A stretch of DNA of 43,720 bases from Reclinomonas americana ATCC 50394 (GCA_048213135.1 PS015078.1:1-43720), one strand, 5' to 3'. Positions 1 to 12,448 are shown, counted from the first letter of the stretch. Notes: generated by a model not told the origin, from the letters alone. Numbers and translations: made by a program.

Positions 1-1533
1 GGCGGCCACGACCAACTCGAGGAGCGCTTGTCCCTGCAGTTTGTCGAGCGGCTGCGAGTCCGTGGCACAGAACAAGAGCTGTGTCGCGTCCGTCACGCGG
101 CTCACGCGACTCTCGCGACATTGCCGTTGCAGATCGCGCCTCCAACTGCATCGCACTTGTCAACAACAATCGCGCCCCACTCGTGTGCACTAACGCATGT
201 GTTCAACCCACTTGGACGACAGTTTCCACGGTGCCTTGCGCATCCTCCTCCAGTGCGCCGTCTCCTCCTCGAGCGTGTCAAACGCCGGCCGACTGCCTCC
301 TCGGCGATCGCCAGCAGAAGCCAANNNNNNNNNNNNNNNNNNNNNNNNNNNNNNNNNNNNNNNNNNNNNNNNNNNNNNNNNNNNNNNNNNNNNNNNNNNN
401 NNNNNNNNNNNNNNNNNNNNNNNNNNNNNNNNNNNNNNNNNNNNNNNNNNNNNNNNNNNNNNNNNNNNNNNNNNNNNNNNNNNNNNNNNNNNNNNNNNNN
501 NNNNNNNNNNNNNNNNNNNNNNNNNNNNNNNNNNNNNNNNNNNNNNNNNNNNNNNNNNNNNNNNNNNNNNNNNNNNNNNNNNNNNNNNNNNNNNNNNNNN
601 NNNNNNNNNNNNNNNNNNNNNNNNNNNNNNNNNNNNNNNNNNNNNNNNNNNNNNNNNNNNNNNNNNNNNNNNNNNNNNNNNNNNNNNNNNNNNNNNNNNN
701 NNNNNNNNNNNNNNNNNNNNNNNNNNNNNCTGCCGCCGCCGCGTCGCCAACAGGCGCCACCGCCCCTGACGAGGTACCGTCGTCCACCACCGCCATCAGC
801 GGCGACGACACACACAGCAGCAGCCACTCCAGCGAGAACTCACGCTGCGCATCGGAGTGTAAACAACAGAGGACCTCCTTCTGTTTCTTCCTTCCCCCAT
901 GACGCACCTCCGCCGCCTCTCCCACACTCCGTATCAACTGCGTCAACGAGTCACGCACCAACGCCCCAAACGGCTCAATGAACGCCCTGTACTTCTTGCT
1001 GCCACTCAGCTGCCGCCGGATCATGTGGGCAAACTGCGCACAGAAGCTGTGCGCAAACCCACAGTCGGTCGGTCCCAGAGACAGTTGTCCACGCGTGGGA
1101 ACGAGAGACGCAACGACTGACACACACACTGACACAGCTCGGTGGCTACGCTCTCCGACAACTCGTTCCTGGCAAACAGACAGCACAGCACCGGCAGCTC
1201 ACCATGCTGCGCAAAGTACAGCGTCACTCCCGACGCGCGAAACATGCGCAACGCCAACGACGATCCCGACGACGAAGAAGAAGAAGAAGTCGCCTGCGCT
1301 TTGCTCTGTAACACCGACAGCATTCCACAGATCTTGATCAGCGCCACCTCGCGGTCTGCGCAATTGAAGTGAGACCAAAGTGCGAAAAAAACNNNNNNNN
1401 NNNNNNNNNNNNACTGAGAAGAAAGATGAGGACCTTCTTCATCAATCACACTCGGCATGCCAAAGCCATTGACAAACTGCTGATGATAGATCGGTTGCGA
1501 GATGTCACAGTTGAGCAGAAGAAAGCCATTCAT
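1..1533 (-). CDS. Spliced gene, N-terminal longin-like domain protein (3' end runs out of the window; interrupted by gaps)
   Basis: ATG at 1533. Exons 1533-1434 and 1355-1115 and the following ones join in frame through GT-AG introns: MNGFLLLNCDISQPIYHQQF...DREVALIKICGMLSVL...LRMFRASGVTLYFAQHGELPVLCCLFARNELSESVATELCQCVCQSFCAQFAHMI. The beta-beta-alpha-beta-beta-beta-alpha-alpha hydrophobic pattern resembles longin domains (by eye only). Confidence 0.5.
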
Positions 1534-1624
1534 CGCGCGCACTCTGGCCACAAAGCAAACAAAACACGAAATGGACAGTTGCTGCTCGCTCTGTCCATGA
1601 TTGACCCGGCATACAACAAAATCG

Positions 1625-2597
1625 ATGGCGGAGGTGGACGCAATGCTGTGGGCCAGCCCGAGTCGGGCGACGCTCAACGTTTCGTCTCCAACGCACTATG
1701 CACACACACGCACTTTCGTTGTTTCGCGTTTAAGTGTCGTGCTTGCGTGTGCGCCATTTCGCTCTCTCTCTCGCACACACGCACAAACGCTCTCTGTCTT
1801 TTGCGTGTTGCGCATATCGCTCTCTTGTGTGTAGTGTGCATACGCGTTCACGTGACTCACACGCACGCGCGGAACATTATGTGCCTGTCTGTCACTTTTG
1901 TGTGTGTGTGTGTGTTTGTAACCGTCGAAAGCCAACGACGCACTCGCCCGTGTTCGTCGTTACAATCACACTCACTCACAAGACACTTTCTTTCTCACAC
2001 ACACACTGTCTCTTGCTCTCTCGCACGCATTCCGTGCATGTGTGTGTGTGTGATGAAGCTCACTTTGGTTTATTGAGTGTTTTGGCGCGCGCGCTCACAC
2101 TGGCTGTTTATCATTGCCTTTGCCAATGTGGATGCACAGAAGATGATTGACTGGTTGATGCGTGGCACTGTGCAAACTGTGGACATTCTGCCTTCTGCGG
2201 CGGCCTTGGCGGTTCCAGGCGTGATTGGCCTGGTGATTTTTGTGACCTTGGCGCGCCTGATTGCCGGCAAGCTGTTTGGGGGCAAGAACGGGAGCATGGT
2301 GGCGCTCATTCTGCGGAGTGAGGTCTTCTTTGCGGCGCACATGGCGCTCTTTGTGGCCGGTGTCCTCGGCTACTCGGTGTTTACGCAGACGCAGCAGGTG
2401 CGTGTCAGTTGGGAATTGATGGGGTTTGCATGTGTGAGATGAGCAAGCGTGGAGGCTGGGAGGGTGGAGGCAGTGTCTTTGTGCGTGGGATGCAGTGTGT
2501 GTGTGTGTATGAGTGGGGGCGAGAGAGGGAGAAAGGGAGAGAGAGAGTGAGGGAGAAAGAGGGTCCCCGGAGACAATGTTTTGCAAGTGAGTAAGAA

Positions 2598-2637
<40 letters not shown>

Positions 2638-4382
2638 GAGAGAGGGTGGAGGCAATGCGTGTGAGTTAGTGATTACTCGTGCGTTCGAGTGCATGTTTGC
2701 GTCTTTGAGTGTCGGCAACTGGTAGTGTCTGTGAGCGTGGAATGCGTGTGTTTGCAAGTGAAAGGAAGTGCCTGTGTGTGACTGTGTGAGAGAAGGTGCA
2801 GGCAATGTGCATGCGTATGTTTGAAGAGTGTATGGGCAGTGTGTCTTTTGTGGATACATCGCGAGTTTCTTGCGTGCATCTTTGCATGTCAACAAACTGG
2901 CACAGAGAGAGAGAGAGAGATATGCATGTGCCAGGTTGTGTGGGATGAGCGTGTGTCTGTGAGTGTAGATGCGTGCGTGAGTTAGTGTGTGTGTGCTCGC
3001 CGTTGAGTGTGCAAGTATGAAAGAGTCTCTTTAATGTCTTTCTCTCCCTCTCTTCCCTCTCTTCTTCTCTCCATCCTTCTCCCCTCCCCCTCTCTCCCTC
3101 TCTCCCTCTCTCCCTCTCCTCCCTCTCTCCCTCTCTCTCCCTCTCTCCCTCTCCTCCCTCTCTCCCTCTCTCTCCCTCTCCCCCTCTCTCCCCTCTGTCC
3201 CCCTCTCTCCCTCTCTCTCACATCTTTCTCACCACCCCATTTTTTGTGCCTCCGCAGACTGTCGTCGACATCCCGTACATTGGCGAGGTCTCGCGAGAGT
3301 ACTTTGTCAAGGCGTACTTCCTGGCAGAGCTGTCGGTGGCGTGCATTGCGCTGCTGCAAAAGATTGTGTATCTGTCGCCCTTTGCAGTTGCGTTTTGCTG
3401 CTCGTTTTCCTCTCCTTCCGCTTTATCGCTTAGTGTGCATTCGCAGGCCATTTGGGCGCTGTTCAAGGTCGCCTTCATCCTGCTGGTGCTGGAGAAGGGC
3501 TACCTGAACGCATGCATGAGTGCTCTGCTGGTGGCCAATCTCGCTGGCATGGTGGAGCATGCTGCTGTCGCTCTGTGCTCCCTCAATGTCCGCGGCTTCC
3601 AGCTGTACGCCGCCGCGCTCTACTGCATCGTGCACGCCGTGTGCAAGATCGCCTTCCCGATTCGTCTGATTGTGTCGTGGTGCGTTGGGGTCCACCTGTT
3701 TTTGTGTTTCTCGTACATCTTTTGGTTTCCAAACAAAGCACTTCACTTGCCAAATGCCTTGCTCCCCTGCGTCTGTGTCCCTCGTTTCCCTCTCCTCCCC
3801 TCCTCCCCATCCTTCCCCTCCTTCCCCTCATTCCCCCTCCCTTCTTCCCCCGACCTTGCATCCCTCCTCCCCCTCCTCCCCCTCCTTTCCCTCCTTTCCC
3901 TCCTGCTCCTCATTCCCCCTCCCTCCCTTCTTTCCCCGACCTTGCATCCCTCCTCTCTACTCCCTCCTCGTACTGACGAGGGTTGGTTCAACAGGTTCAC
4001 CACGGTCAAGTCGGACCGATCGGCTCTCATTCTGTGCGTCGTGTTTTGTTTTCCCCCTTGTCGGTGATCGCGCTGCTGACTCCTGATTTATTGTGACAGG
4101 GCGGGCGAGGTTCTCGTCGTGCTGGCCGTTGTGCGCGCCCTCTTTGCGCAAGCTGCGCTGCTCGTCACGGTGCGCAACGCCCACGCCTACCGCAACACCA
4201 ATGTGGACGTGGCGACCACCCGCATCAAGACCGTGTCGGTGAGGCTGAGAGGGAGAGAGAGGTTGTTGTTTTTCTCTGTCTCTTTTATTTACAAATTGCG
4301 CTCGCAGCACTGGTCGTGGCTCCTTGGCGAGGTCGGCGAGATTGCCGGTTTCATTGAGGGTCAGGCGCAGGCCACTGTCCTG
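1625..4382 (+). CDS. Multi-pass membrane protein, 5' exons (weak TLC/TRAM-like pattern); continues in 4546-5166(-) and 5736-6401(+)
   Basis: In-frame exons MAEVDAMLW..|KMIDWLMRG..|TVVDIPYIGEVSREYFVKAYFLAEL..|..|HWSWLLGE..QATVL, with several hydrophobic helices and consistent GT-AG phases. Confidence 0.65.
3035..3240 (+). repeat. Intronic polypyrimidine (CT-rich) tract; similar tracts at 3780-3965 and 18378-18625, (GA)n at 32402-32464
   Basis: Directly visible. The tracts lie inside modelled introns. Confidence 0.9.
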
Positions 4383-4545
4383 GTGCGTGCGCCGCCTGCA
4401 GAAGCCATATGCTTCTCTTTGCTGAATATCGCCTTGTTGCTTGTTTTGGGGGTTTGCANNNNNNNNNNNNNNNNNNNNNNNNNNNNNNNNNNNNNNNNNN
4501 NNNNNNNNNNNNNNNNNNNNNNNNNNNNNNNNNNNNNNNNNNNNN

Positions 4546-5166
4546 CTGCTGTTGCTTCTTCTTGCCACCGCGCTGCTCCTCCGCTGCCGGCTCGTCCTCC
4601 TCGGCGGCCTCGGTCTTCTGCGAGCGAGTCTCTGGCTCCTCCGTCTTGACCTTCTTGCCGCCCTTCTTGCCACCCTGCGAGGTGGCCAGCTTGGCCTTCT
4701 TGCCGGCGGCATTGCCACCCTTGGCATCCGAGCCGCTCTCCACTGGCGAATCGTCGAGGTTGCGCAGCTCGGCTTCCTCCTCGGTGGCGTCCACCGTCGA
4801 CGAGGCCTTGGTGGCGGCCGTGTCGAGCTCCACTGGCTGTGAGGGCGCGCGCTCACCGTCGGCCGCAGCCGTGGCAGTGGTGGTCGTGGTGGTTGTAGTG
4901 GTAGTAGTGGCGGCAGCGGAATCCTTCTTCTTGCTGCCATCCTTCTGGCCTTCCAAGTTCGGGGTCTGGGAGCGCGACGTGGCCGCCGAGTTGGCCGCCG
5001 AGTTGAGGCGCGACATGTGCTCGAGGGTGGGGCTGTCGAGGTACTGGATGTCGGTCACCCAGCGCGGATCAAACTGCTGGCAAATGACCTCGAATGCCTG
5101 CGCAATCTGCGACACGATGCGATCGGCGGTCTCGTTGACCGTGATGCGCTCGGGCTTGAAGGCCTC
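4546..5166 (-). CDS. Internal exon of the 1625-6401 gene, on an inverted contig (K/E/T/A-rich)
   Basis: Open frame EAFKPERITVNETADRIVSQ...GGKKKQQQ. Reverse-complementing the contig completes the acceptor (tttgca+g|GAG) and joins QQQ to QQKAAGK at 5736. Confidence 0.65.
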
Positions 5167-5735
5167 CNNNNNNNNNNNNNNNNNNNNNNNNNNNNNNNNN
5201 NNNNNNNNNNNNNNNNNNNNNNNNNNNNNNNNNNNNNNNNNNNNNNNNNNNNNNNNNNNNNNNNNNNNNNNNNNNNNNNNNNNNNNNNNNNNNNNNNNNN
5301 NNNNNNNNNNNNNNNNNNNNNNNNNNNNNNNNNNNNNNNNNNNNNNNNNNNNNNNNNNNNNNNNNNNNNNNNNNNNNNNNNNNNNNNNNNNNNNNNNNNN
5401 NNNNNNNNNNNNNNNNNNNNNNNNNNNNNNNNNNNNNNNNNNNNNNNNNNNNNNNNNNNNNNNNNNNNNNNNNNNNNNNNNNNNNNNNNNNNNNNNNNNN
5501 NNNNNNNNNNNNNNNNNNNNNNNNNNNNNNNNNNNNNNNNNNNNNNNNNNNNNNNNNNNNNNNNNNNNNNNNNNNNNNNNNNNNNNNNNNNNNNNNNNNN
5601 NNNNNNNNNNNNNNNNNNNNNNNNNNNNNNNNNNNNNNNNNNNNNNNNNNNNNNNNNNNNNNNNNNNNNNNNNNNNNNNNNNNNNNNNNNNNNNNNNNNN
5701 NNNNNNNNNNNNNNNNNNNNNNNNNNNNNNNNNNN

Positions 5736-6401
5736 CAGCAAAAGGCTGCTGGCAAGAGTGCGTCAGCCTGCATTCTCACCTTGTACCGGCGTAGGTGGTG
5801 CTCACGTGATTGCTTTTCCCCATCCTTGCAGAGAAGGGCATTCCGGGAGGCAAGGCCGAGCAAGAGGCAGTGAAGAAGGGACTGCAGAATGTGGCCGCCG
5901 AGGCAGAGGTGCGTGTGAGTGTCAACAATTGGCATTCTGCGGCTGCATGTGACTGACTTGTGTGCGTGTGCAGCCAAAGAAGGACGGCGAGATGACGAAT
6001 ACCGACGAAATCGACAATGACGAGCTGGTCGACATGGGTGGCGTCTTTATTGTGTACGTCGACCTGGGCGCTGGCCTGCTGGACATCAACTTTGCACAAC
6101 AGCTCATGCACACTTCGTTGCGTCGAGGTTTCCTTTCCCCTTGCCGGTAGACACACACTTGTCGACTCACACATGCAATGCCAACAGAGCGGCCTTCCAC
6201 TCGTACGTGGAAGTACCTCAAGGGGCCAATTTCAACTACCTGCGTCTGCTTCTGTACTACAGCCCGTACCACTTCTGCCGCACTCGACCAACAGCCGCCG
6301 AGTACTGGCCGACAAAAGCACCTGTGGGCAAGGTCACGATGGCTTGCTTGACGGCCGCTGGTTCGCTGGCAGGCTACCTCGCGGCAACAGCAACACAGTA
6401 A
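5736..6401 (+). CDS. 3' exons of the 1625-6401 gene (unknown C-terminal globular region)
   Basis: Four in-frame exons QQKAAGK|KKGIP..|PKKDG..DMGGVFIVYVDLG..MHTS|AAFHSYVEVP..TATQ*. Donor at 6117 is GTTGCGT. Confidence 0.65.
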
Positions 6402-6523
6402 GTTCATGGTTGACAATCGCGGAGAGAAAAGAGAACGAGAGAGTTTGTAGTAGTCGGCTGCGTGTCTTCATACTGGTGGGCTGTAACAATAATGAAGAGA
6501 AAAAGCAACGTTTGGTCAACATT

Positions 6524-8652
6524 TCATTTCACGCTGGCGTCCCGTTCGCTTCCCTGTCTGCTGCCTGCGCCTGCCCTTGCGCTTGTCGACAGCGATTTGA
6601 CCACGACACCCTCCAGGTGAATGTCCAGCGGGTCGTACACCTTCTCATCGGCAATGCTGCCGGTGGCTGCGCTGTCGGCCGACATGAGATCGGGTTCCGG
6701 AGCGCCGGCAGCAGCGGCTGCTTTCCCGCGTTCACTGGATGGTGGAGCGTCGTTGTCGGCGGCGCTGCGCAGCGATGGCGGTACACTGCCCGACGCTGCG
6801 AGAGATTGGGGGAAGTGAGACGACGGCGATCGACATGCGACTTCTCTTCACCCACCTCGTGACAGATGAGCGTGCGGTGGCAGAACCGACATTTCTGTGG
6901 GCGGTGAGGGTGAGAAGCCTGACGACGCCCCCCTTCGAAAAAAATATGAGATCGCCTCACTCACCCAGCAGCTTCTCAATGTAGGGCAACACTGGTCGCG
7001 ACTCTTCCTCCTCCTTTTCTGAGCGATCCTCGGCGACGTGCCAGCTGCCGCGTTCGCCCAAGTGACGCGGAGTGGGAATGTGTGTCGCGCATACAGGGTG
7101 TGTCACGTAGATCTGCACGAACGGCAAGGCGTTCTCAGCGATCCGATACACGACGTGGCGAAGGGTAGCATCGTTACTCACTGGCAAGTGATAGTGCCCC
7201 ACGAATCCATCGGCCAGACACAGCTTGATAAACACGCGATACGTCAACTCAATCAGCAAACCACGCGTGGTTGGCGGCGTGTCGGCGGGAACAGGCAGCG
7301 TGATTTTCTGCCAAAGAAAACAACGACCCACTCAGGTCCACGCCACTTCCCAGATGAAAGAGAGTGTGAATGCTCTCACCTGGAGAACAGAAAAATCGCC
7401 AAACTGCACCGAGGCGAGATCGGTGACACTGCGGTACGGGTACCCGTACGCCTGTGTCGACAATATTCTCTGCAAGCAGGCTTCCCCCGATACCACCTTC
7501 GGCAGGTTCTTGGGCGTGCGCACTTCGCCCTCGGGAACCGCCACCGGCAACATGGGCATCAGCTGACTGAGTACCCTGTTGCGCTCCTCGGCGAGCATCT
7601 CGAGAGTCTTCTTACGCGACCGCGTAGACACGGCCACACGCACACTCGAGTCCGCACCGACGCTATCGCCCCCGTCACCAGCTGTAGCACCATGAGTGAC
7701 ACCGTGGAGAACAATGTCTTCTTCGCTCTCATCGTCACTTTCGTCACGTGGCTCCAACGGAGAAATCGCAGTTCCCCTTGGTGTGCTGTTGTTTTTGTGC
7801 GGCGTGAGTGCAACGAAGAGGGGAAAGGAGAAAATAGGGAAAAGAGTGGCGAACGCAACATTACTTCGGCAGGCAAGAACACGGCGACATGCACGTGGCC
7901 GCCGGCAAACTGCAAATGCTGCACCGATAACCTGCACAACCCTCGTCAACGACTCTGCTTGGTAAACAACACGCTGCGTGCACAACCACCGACCTGTACG
8001 GGATCCCATGCATGTCCACTGACACTTGGCGGTACGCGTCGCTCACACTGAGTGGACACCGCTCGAGAATCGCCAGGTCGGCGGAGGAGCGCAGCCATCG
8101 TGGTTTATCCAAGTTGTCCAATCGCGGCACCGACAGTCCGTTCTGGTGCGGTTGCTTGGTGCCGGGCAGCAGCACTGCCGACGAGTGGCAGCGCACTTCG
8201 AGGCGGTACGAGATGTGACCGCGGCCACCAAGCAGCGACAGCGACGACAGGGTCTTCGGCAGCGTCACATCAAACGTCGCCTCGTAGTAGCCGGGCAGGG
8301 CAACCAAGAAAATGTGCTCGTCGTCCACGAGTCGCAAGCCAACACGCGAGCTGGTCGTGCTACTGAGCGCCTCACTGGCCTCTGCACCCCCATCGCGATC
8401 GTCACCCGCCTCACGCGTCTTGTGCGGTCGCACCACCCACGGCGCACTGGAGCCCGAATCTGTGCGCGCACGCATGAGATCAACGAGCAGACGACACGCA
8501 GCAGCAGCGCAGCCGCACTCAACTCTCCTGCACACGAATGCGCGAGAGGGGCACATCGAAGAAATACTCGCTGTCGGTGCTGTCGGTGTGGCCCTCGGGG
8601 AACGACGATCGCAACCACGGATCGATATCCTCGGGCAACTGCCGAACCGCCT
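6524..8652 (-). CDS. Alpha-arrestin (arrestin N/C domain) protein, main part
   Basis: Arrestin_N-like LPGYYEATFDVTLPKTLSSLSLLGGRGHISYRLEVRC and Arrestin_C-like KITLPVPADTPPTTRGLLIELTYRVFIKL. Multi-exon; the exact 3' exons are less certain. Confidence 0.7.
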
Positions 8653-8783
8653 CTGCCCACACGATTGATTACTCAATTGCCTTTTCCCATTGGCCACCAC
8701 ACTCCGAGCCGGTGAAGANNNNNNNNNNNNNNNNNNNNTGTCATGTCCCACGGATATCTTTCTTCCCGCCGTCAGTCGTCAAG

Positions 8784-9266
8784 ATGGGGTGCTCTCACAG
8801 CGACAACAAGCAGGCGCACCAAGCAAGCGACGCGTCTCTTGTTGCGCCCACTCCCGCACAGCCCTCTGTGCAAGCATCGTCACTGCCCGACTTGAGCAAT
8901 CGCCATCGCGGTCGTCGACGCACAGGAGGTGCTGGGGAGGGCAAGCTCGCGGGCGACGATGCGTTTGGCGAGTTGAGCAGTGTCAGAGCATATCCGTTCC
9001 CGCGCGCAGTGGGCGCTGGTGAATCGCAAAGTGGAACAGGAGGAGTGTCGCGCACGTTTCCCACCATGCCAGTGGTGACCTCGTTGCAGGTGCAGCCTGT
9101 GCGCAATGGAGTGGTGTACAATGGAGGTGCGAGTGTCGGCGATGTTGTCATGATGATCGTTTTCTGAAGAGGTGGACGGGGCACACAGTGTGTCGTGGAA
9201 CGATTCGGTTTGAGTTTGCGGAGACGCGCACGGTGTATGATCTGCGTTTGTGTATGGTCGGCAAAG
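8784..9266 (+). CDS. First two exons of the alpha-arrestin gene, on an inverted contig
   Basis: MGCSHS...VVYNG|VCRGTIRFEFAETRTVYDLRLCMVGK matches the first arrestin-N strands. Flipping the contig gives donor gtgcg+t and a phase-1 join G|AG, reading MVGKEAVRQLPEDIDPW. Confidence 0.65.
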
Positions 9267-9304
9267 GTGCGNNNNNNNNNNNNNNNNNNNNTTCTCATGC
9301 GCTT

Positions 9305-10371
9305 TTACGGTCGGAACTGGCCTGTGTGTGTAAAGGCAGTGTCACGCGTGGTGGTGGCATTGCCGCTGAGCTTGAAGGAGACCACGGGTGTGAGACCGCT
9401 GCTGGCGGCATAGGCGACTAGCGCGTCGACGTCGAACGTCTTGGCGGCGCGCGCAAATTGGCTTTCCGGCTGCCCTCCTTCGTCTTCATCATCGCCGTCG
9501 CCCTGCTTGACACTGCCGCGACTGCTGCTTGCGTTGCTGCCGCGTGGCATCTCCAAGTGCGAGCGGATCTGCGTGCGATCGTAATCGACGCCGGTTTGCG
9601 CCAGCAGCACATCGTGCACCTGGTCCGTCAACGCCCTCCAGTACAGATCGCGCTGCGTCTGACGCGCCTCCGCCTCCTCCTGCTTGGCCTGCGCCACCAG
9701 CGTCTCCTCAAACAGCACATGCCGGTCTCGCTCCGCCAACTGCGCCAGTGTCGGATGCAAGGCCGCCGCCGTCGGATTCCCGCGCCCAAAGAAGAACGCT
9801 GTGTCACTGACCGCCTGCTGCGGAGTCGACGAGGCATACAAGCCGCCAAACTCCGCACGCAGCGGCTCCAGCACCGATCGGATAGCCTCACACGCTGCGT
9901 CCTTCTCCAGCAGCAACGCATACATCGGATCGGCACTCAACGCCACTGGATCCTCGCGCTCTCCCGCAGCACCGCTCAGCGACTCGCAGAACTTGGACGC
10001 TCGTGCGCGACTCAACCGTAACCTCGTCTCCTGTGTGGCGCAGTCAGCAATGGAACACGCACACAGCAAAGAGCAGGCGCAGTGAGAGAACAGAACGTCG
10101 ACGACATGAAAGCCCGACTTGACAATCGCGCTGCGGATGGCCATGAACCATGCGGCGGCATCGGGCTTGACGCACAGCACCACACTGCGGCACACACTGA
10201 GCGTGAGACAAAGAGCAAAGAGAGGAAGTAAAGAGTGTGAAAGAACAACTTGACAAACCGATTCGTGGGCGCCGGCTTCTCTACAACAACCGGCTCCGGT
10301 TCTGGCTCCGGTTCGGGTGCCGCTTTCCCCGCCTTGCCTTGCTTCCCACCTGCAGCGGCTTTCGGCGGCAT
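9305..10371 (-). CDS. Protein with a degenerate nucleoside-diphosphate-kinase (NDK/NME group II-like) domain
   Basis: MPPKAAAGGK..|VVLCVKPDAAAWFMAIRSAIVKSGFHVVD|ETRLRLSRARASKF..PMYALLLEKDAACEAIRSVL..GLYASSTPQQAVSDTAFFFG follows the NDK motif order, but the catalytic His is absent. Confidence 0.6.
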
Positions 10372-10462
10372 TATACAACAACAAAACGCAACAAGGACAG
10401 TGCGAGCAGGATTCCCGCGCAATCCACTTCTGTGTTTGCACCCTTGGCTTGGCGACAACACC

Positions 10463-12341
10463 ATGTCTGATGAGCAGCCGCATGTGAGGCACCTCTCTCT
10501 GTGTGTGCGTGTGTCTCTGCATGTGCGTTGCTTCTCATTGTGTGTGTGCAGGAGGAGCAGCAGCAACATGCGCCTGTCGACGATGCCGATGTGCTTATGC
10601 TTGCCTCAATGGCGGCGGCTGTGCACTCGTCTGAGAGGAGAGGGCGTCGTCGGCACTCACAGATGCACAAAAGAGGCGAGGAGGAAGAGGAGGACGAGGA
10701 GGATGATGATGATGACAAGGCGGTATTCGTTGCGGGTGAGGAGGCGGGGCGGCCGCCGCGTCGCAAGAGGCGACGTGTGCAGGCGGTGGTGGTGCCGCCA
10801 GAGGAGATTCTTGATGTTGGTAAGTAGGTGTGTGTGTGAGAGAGAGAGAGTGGTCGGTCATTTTGATTGCGATATTAATCACGGCTTGTGCGCAGATGCC
10901 GAGGAGAGTGATTATGATGGTGGTGGCAATGGTGGCGGCGGTGCTGGTGGTGATGATGAGGATGAGGATGCGAGCTTGCAGCTGGCCATTGCAATGTCGC
11001 TGGAGGCGTGCAATCAGCGACCGCCGGTACCCGCCGCCGGTAATGGCGGTGCATTGCCGCCTCCGCCGCCGCCGGCGTCGCTGAGTGGTGCGTGTGCTGC
11101 TGCGGGTGTGTTGAGTGCGTGCTGGAGTCGACGTTGAGTGGCGTTGTTTTTGTGCAGTGCGTCGTGGTTTCCAGCCCAACATGCCGGAGCCTTTGGAGGA
11201 CGACCCGGCGTTGCGCGAGGCCATTTTTTTGTCGCTGATTAACACGCCGCCGGCGGCGACCGCGCGTCGCAATTGTTGCGGGTTTCTTGAGTGAGGGTGC
11301 TACTGCAGCTTCATGTTTGCTGACTTTGCAGCGCTCGTTGATGGAGCTCTGTCACCGTCGCCGTCCTCGGCTGCCAATGGGGCGTCCTCGTCGCATGGAG
11401 CGGCAGCCGCTGCTGCAGCCGCTGCTGCTTTGGCGTCCATGCCACTCTCACCGGCCTCAGTGCCGTTGCCAGCGGCCGTGCCGGCTGTTGTCGATCCGCA
11501 GGCTCTTGCGCTCATGGTCTCCAAGGCAATCGCGGCGCAAAGTCCACTTCAACCCGAAAAGCCCAAACCGGTGGCGGAGCGTGGCGGTACGTCTCTCATG
11601 CCTCCTTCCTCCAACCGCACACTTCCTGAGAGTTCTTGATAGCTCCGGTGCCCGTGTTGACCAGCGAGCTGGGAACCCCGGTTCCCAGCGGGACGCCACC
11701 GTCGCTTGCGCGACGACCGAGTGCCGGTCGACCGTCGCACGTGGTCTCGTCATCGTCGTCGTCATCGTCTTCGTCGACGCTGTCGTCGCCGTCGGGCTCT
11801 TCATCCACCTCGACTTCCACATCAGCGCCGTCGTCGTCGGCATCGTCGGTCATGGCCGCGTCTCCACTGGCGCGCCTCCCCTCGGCCGCACCGCTGGCGG
11901 CCGGCATGCGGTTTGACGGCGTCGGGTTCTTCTTGAACCGAATTCCACTCATTGCCGCACCCGACAATGTGACTCGCCGCTGTTTGCTGCTGGAGGAGGT
12001 CATTGTGAAGGTCTGTGTGCGAGTGCGTCAGTTGGCGGCTCATGGTGCTGACACAACTCGGTACAGCGTGAGCTGAAGCGAGCTGTGATGTTTACGTATT
12101 GCATGGATGACGACTTTGCGAATTCGTACTTGCCGGTGGGTCGTGTGCCGCTCACGNNNNNNNNNNNNNNNNNNNNCGACAGCCACAAGTTCCCCATTCC
12201 CTACCTGCACCCACCGCCCCAGTACATGGACCAGCTGCCGTGGTTCACTCCGTTGCGTTCTCTGGTCAGGAGAGCCTTTTTACATGCATCCTTGACTGAA
12301 TTCTGTGCCGTTCAAAAAACGACAGAGGCTTCAGCGACTAG
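10463..12341 (+). CDS. TDP1: Tyrosyl-DNA phosphodiesterase 1-like protein with N-terminal UIMs; catalytic middle missing at gap 12157-12176
   Basis: UIM-like DEDASLQLAIAMSLEA and DDPALREAIFLSL. TDP1 N-terminal pattern FFLNRI..LLLEEVIVK|RELKRAVMFTYCMDDDF..LP and C-terminal FPIPYLHPPPQYMDQLPWF. Confidence 0.65.
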
Positions 12342-12448
12342 CGCGGCACTCGGAGAGAGGTGGGGGGAAAAGGAAAGGGAGGCAAGAATGAAGAAAATCG
12401 TTCTCGTTTCACTTTTTCTATATAAAGAAGACGACGCTCTCGCACAGC

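Noticed and set aside
7038-8715. Long plus-strand ORFs (337 aa and 229 aa)
   Set aside because: Antisense shadows of the GC-rich arrestin gene, with no protein-like motifs.
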